Positions 54,215 through 55,109 of a stretch of 55,109 nt of DNA are shown piece by piece. The DNA is from Pseudomonadota bacterium (GTDB lineage: Bacteria; Pseudomonadota; Gammaproteobacteria; Pseudomonadales; Azotimanducaceae). Location: the NCBI GenBank assembly GCA_027622495.1, contig JAQBYL010000001.1:1-55109 (forward strand), in the 5' to 3' direction. Below the pieces are notes generated by a model. It ran no database searches and was not told the DNA's origin. It saw only the letters and a list, made by a program, of their open reading frames with translations. Position numbers and translations under genes: made by a program. Position 1 is the first letter of the stretch. The number at the start of each line of letters is the position of its first letter.

Positions 54215-55109
54215 CTAGTTACCCGCGTCTTCAACCACGATCGGCGCACTGCGGTATTCGCTTTCGAGCAGGCGGGCACCGCGCAGGATATTACCCATCG
54301 CGTAATTTCCCTCGTGACAGGCATATTCATACACCTGCATTTCGGGTTTGGCCTGCCATGTGTAGCGGCCGCTCCACGGCTTGGTCCACACAGTCTCGTC
54401 ATTTACGGTGAAGTCGTAGTAGAGGCTGCCATCTTCCATCATGCTGAACCGTTCGGTCACCTGCAGGTTCTCGTCAGCGCCGGGCAGGCCACTGATTTCT
54501 CTGAAACCGCGGGTTTTCACCACTAACACATCGCCTTCCCAGTGACCGACCGAATCACCCAGCCACTTGCGATTTTCATCAGGGGTGTGTTGGGCGTCGA
54601 GACGAATGATCCGCGCGTCATGGACCATCTCCTGCAGAATCATCACGTGGGTCTCGGTCTGCACGATGCGCTTGTAGTTGTTGTACAGGCTCGAGATGGT
54701 GGGAACAGTAGCGCCAAATGAGATGAGGCATCGTTCGGATGGCGCCAGACTCTCGGGACCGTCAAAGGGCCCTGGACCAGCTTCGTCTAACCAGGTGGCT
54801 GCTCCCGTGTTTTCGTGGGCAAAGCTCTGATAAACAGTCCCCATCCTCGCATCCAGACCAGGCTGTGTGGGTGGGTAGCGGCCGTTTGGCGGATTGTAAA
54901 TGACTGACGTTGGCACCTTGCCGTCGATTTGCCCCAATGAAGTACCGGGATCAATAAAGAAAAAGTTGTATCCGCCAACACCGCCTGCACCAGCAGCGTT
55001 ATTGCCGTCGCCGCCGGCCGGTGGGGCCTCACGGTTTGGATCACTTTCGTTGGAATTTGCCCACTCCGAAAGCAGGCCAACGCCCCAGTTGAGGGTGTTC
55101 GCAATCCAC
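54215..55109 (-). CDS. Exported conserved protein of unknown function, 5'-truncated by the window edge (paralog of 1713..2795)
   Basis: The listed ORF starts at a TTG, but the frame stays open to the window edge. Hand translation of 54938-55107 gives '...NREAPPAGGDGNNAAGAGGVGGYNFFFIDPGTS', which is collinear with the paralog. Confidence 0.75.
   Translation of the reverse strand, partial: WIANTLNWGVGLLSEWANSNESDPNREAPPAGGDGNNAAGAGGVGGYNFFFIDPGTSLGQIDGKVPTSVIYNPPNGRYPPTQPGLDARMGTVYQSFAHENTGAATWLDEAGPGPFDGPESLAPSERCLISFGATVPTISSLYNNYKRIVQTETHVMILQEMVHDARIIRLDAQHTPDENRKWLGDSVGHWEGDVLVVKTRGFREISGLPGADENLQVTERFSMMEDGSLYYDFTVNDETVWTKPWSGRYTWQAKPEMQVYEYACHEGNYAMGNILRGARLLESEYRSAPIVVEDAGN

Noticed and set aside
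1-55109. Scan for CRISPR repeats, IS inverted repeats, integrase/att sites, and rRNA or tRNA genes.
   Set aside because: I noticed no regularly spaced direct repeats, no transposase- or integrase-like translations and no tRNA cloverleaf candidates in intergenic regions. A by-eye scan cannot exclude short or degenerate elements.

Overview
This is a gene-dense chromosomal segment with about 46 protein-coding genes or gene remnants. I saw no rRNA, tRNA, CRISPR array, IS element, integrase or phage gene on either strand. All family calls below come from motif recognition by eye on the supplied ORF translations. No database search was run.

Composition (mid-50s % G+C in spot counts) and gene content suggest an aerobic, probably marine, Gammaproteobacterium-like heterotroph. 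That is a guess.

Oxidative and CoA-dependent catabolism dominates the window:
- a hydantoinase
- a Baeyer-Villiger monooxygenase
- a PhyH dioxygenase
- a carotenoid/lignostilbene-type oxygenase
- pobA
- three family III CoA-transferase genes, one of them a tandem fusion
- a lone carboxyltransferase
- two luciferase-like (LLM) oxidoreductases flanking an MFS transporter
- a thiolase-like/DUF35 pair
- a TauD dioxygenase
- a Rieske oxygenase
- a nitroreductase
- three PQQ beta-propeller dehydrogenases, each with a different haem-c arrangement

Interspersed with these are mscL, a beta-lactamase-family serine hydrolase, a TolB-propeller/amidohydrolase fusion and two divergent alpha/beta hydrolases. 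There is also a porin / FMN-binding / PepSY three-gene operon and a LonC-like protease with degenerate ATPase motifs. Two genes are damaged: a decayed beta-CASP gene and a glutamate dehydrogenase with a 1-nt frameshift. At the right end there is a lower-GC patch carrying a DUF3626-like gene and a TIR-domain/TPR protein.

I did not find a recognisable canonical defence or mobile system. The most unusual items:
- catalytic-residue substitutions in three of the four CoA-transferase domains
- the tandem-fused CoA-transferase
- the TIR fusion protein
- the flavinylation-motif/PepSY/porin operon
- a thiolase-like enzyme with YDSF in place of HDCF
- a CUU-UAA site in front of the DUF3626-like ORF
- two paralogous exported proteins of unknown family at the two ends of the window
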